From: Eledone cirrhosa
Lineage: Eukaryota
Reading direction: 5' to 3'
Assembly: GCA_964016885.1 (NCBI GenBank)
Contig: CAXHJY010001608.1
Location: 1 to 64,000, forward strand
DNA length: 64,000 nucleotides
Shown: one piece after another, positions 63,021 to 64,000 of the stretch
Position numbering within the stretch: position 1 is the stretch's first letter
How the letters are laid out: each line of letters begins with the position of its first letter
Translations under genes and position numbers: made by a program
The notes under the pieces: model-generated
What the model saw: only the letters and a program-made list of their open reading frames with translations
Databases searched by the model: none
What the model was told of the DNA's origin: nothing

Positions 63021-63075
63021 ATTGCACCTATGTAAATACCTGACGTGTGTGTACATGTATATATATGTATGTATG
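62815..63075. repeat. ~65-bp tandem repeat with variable (TA)(TG) spacer, 4 copies
   Basis: The gattgcacctatgtaaatacctgac(g/a)tgtgtgtacatg unit recurs. Confidence 0.85.
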
Positions 63076-63177
63076 TGTGTATCTGTTACATTGACGTAAG
63101 TTGAAAAACCTTTGTATAGTTTAGTCTTTGTCTGTGATGAGTCACCAGTAAAGATAGATATCAATCTATGTATATAT

Positions 63178-64000
63178 TATCATCATCATCATCATCATCA
63201 TCATCATCGTTTAACGTCCATGTTCCACGCTTGCATCGGTTTGAACGGATGTTTTCCCACCTGAGGCAAGAGTGGTTGTCTTGCTAGCATAGGACTGTCT
63301 GGCGGGTTTTCTACAGCTGGATGCCCTTCCTAACACCAACCACATTTACAGTGTGGGTCTGGGAGGTTTTTACCGTGTTGCCTACACGGCCACATTACAG
63401 CCTGGACTGTGGTGTTTTTTTGTCGTGACACCTACACGATCTCATTTGTTTCGGCCTGGATGTTGTGGCACCAACATAACTTTACATTGAAAGGGGCGGT
63501 GTGGATGGGTGGGGGTGTATTGCTAGAGATGCCTACTGACTGTAGTAGGTTTTACTTTGTATTTAGGTAAGGTTGGTCTTCTCTGTTACTGAGTACTGCC
63601 AAAGGTCTCGGTCTAGTGACATTGTCTTGGTGAGGTGTAAGTGTGTGAGGTCGGAATTTATCAGCTCGTCCCAGGTTTTTCTGGGTCTGCCTACTCCATG
63701 GCTACCGTCTATCTTTATTGCCCTGCACTTTGTTATACAGCTGTCATCTTTCATGCGCATCACGTGACCGTACCAACGTAGCCTTCTCTCGAGTAAACAA
63801 CATCTGATCCCTCTTATTTCTAATTTTTTCCTTAGTTCGTTTATGCTTTGCCGTTCATGTATATTACTATTACACATCCAGCGGAGCATGTAAGCTTCGT
63901 TCCTCTCTAGTCTGCGTATATACTCTGCACACAATGCCTAGGTCTCACTGCCATGTAACATTGCTGTTCGTATGCAGGAATCATACAGCCTGCCTTTCAT
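63178..64000 (-). mobile_element. RTE LINE 3' part (continues beyond the window)
   Basis: ORF 63563-63934 contains MLRWMC...RRLRWYGHV, and the (CAT)n tail is on the plus strand. Confidence 0.9.

Overview
AT-rich eukaryotic, repeat-saturated window with no recognisable intact protein-coding gene. The repeat repertoire (huge (TA)n arrays, RTE-type LINE fragments ending in (GAT)n, two tRNA-derived SINE families) suggests a cephalopod such as octopus, which is an inference. The most interesting signal is a dense population of short elements inserted into (TA)n tracts, from at least six sequence families. They carry hand-foldable type I hammerhead ribozymes: canonical CUGANGA cores, U3-A8 covariant UUGAGAA cores, minimal palindromic-stem-III forms and forms with a very long stem II. 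Two of them still carry Penelope-like GIY-YIG endonuclease sequence, and a Penelope-like RT relic is also present. Most share an asymmetric fold-back architecture, in which one arm stops at an internal TA and the other runs on through a 3' tail. Several tails share an ACTC...TTGAGTRC hairpin motif. Two units (310 and 584 nt) are terminally redundant, like non-LTR retrozyme or circular-RNA copies. Diverged local duplications provide filled and empty insertion sites. All folds and alignments were done by eye and none were computed.
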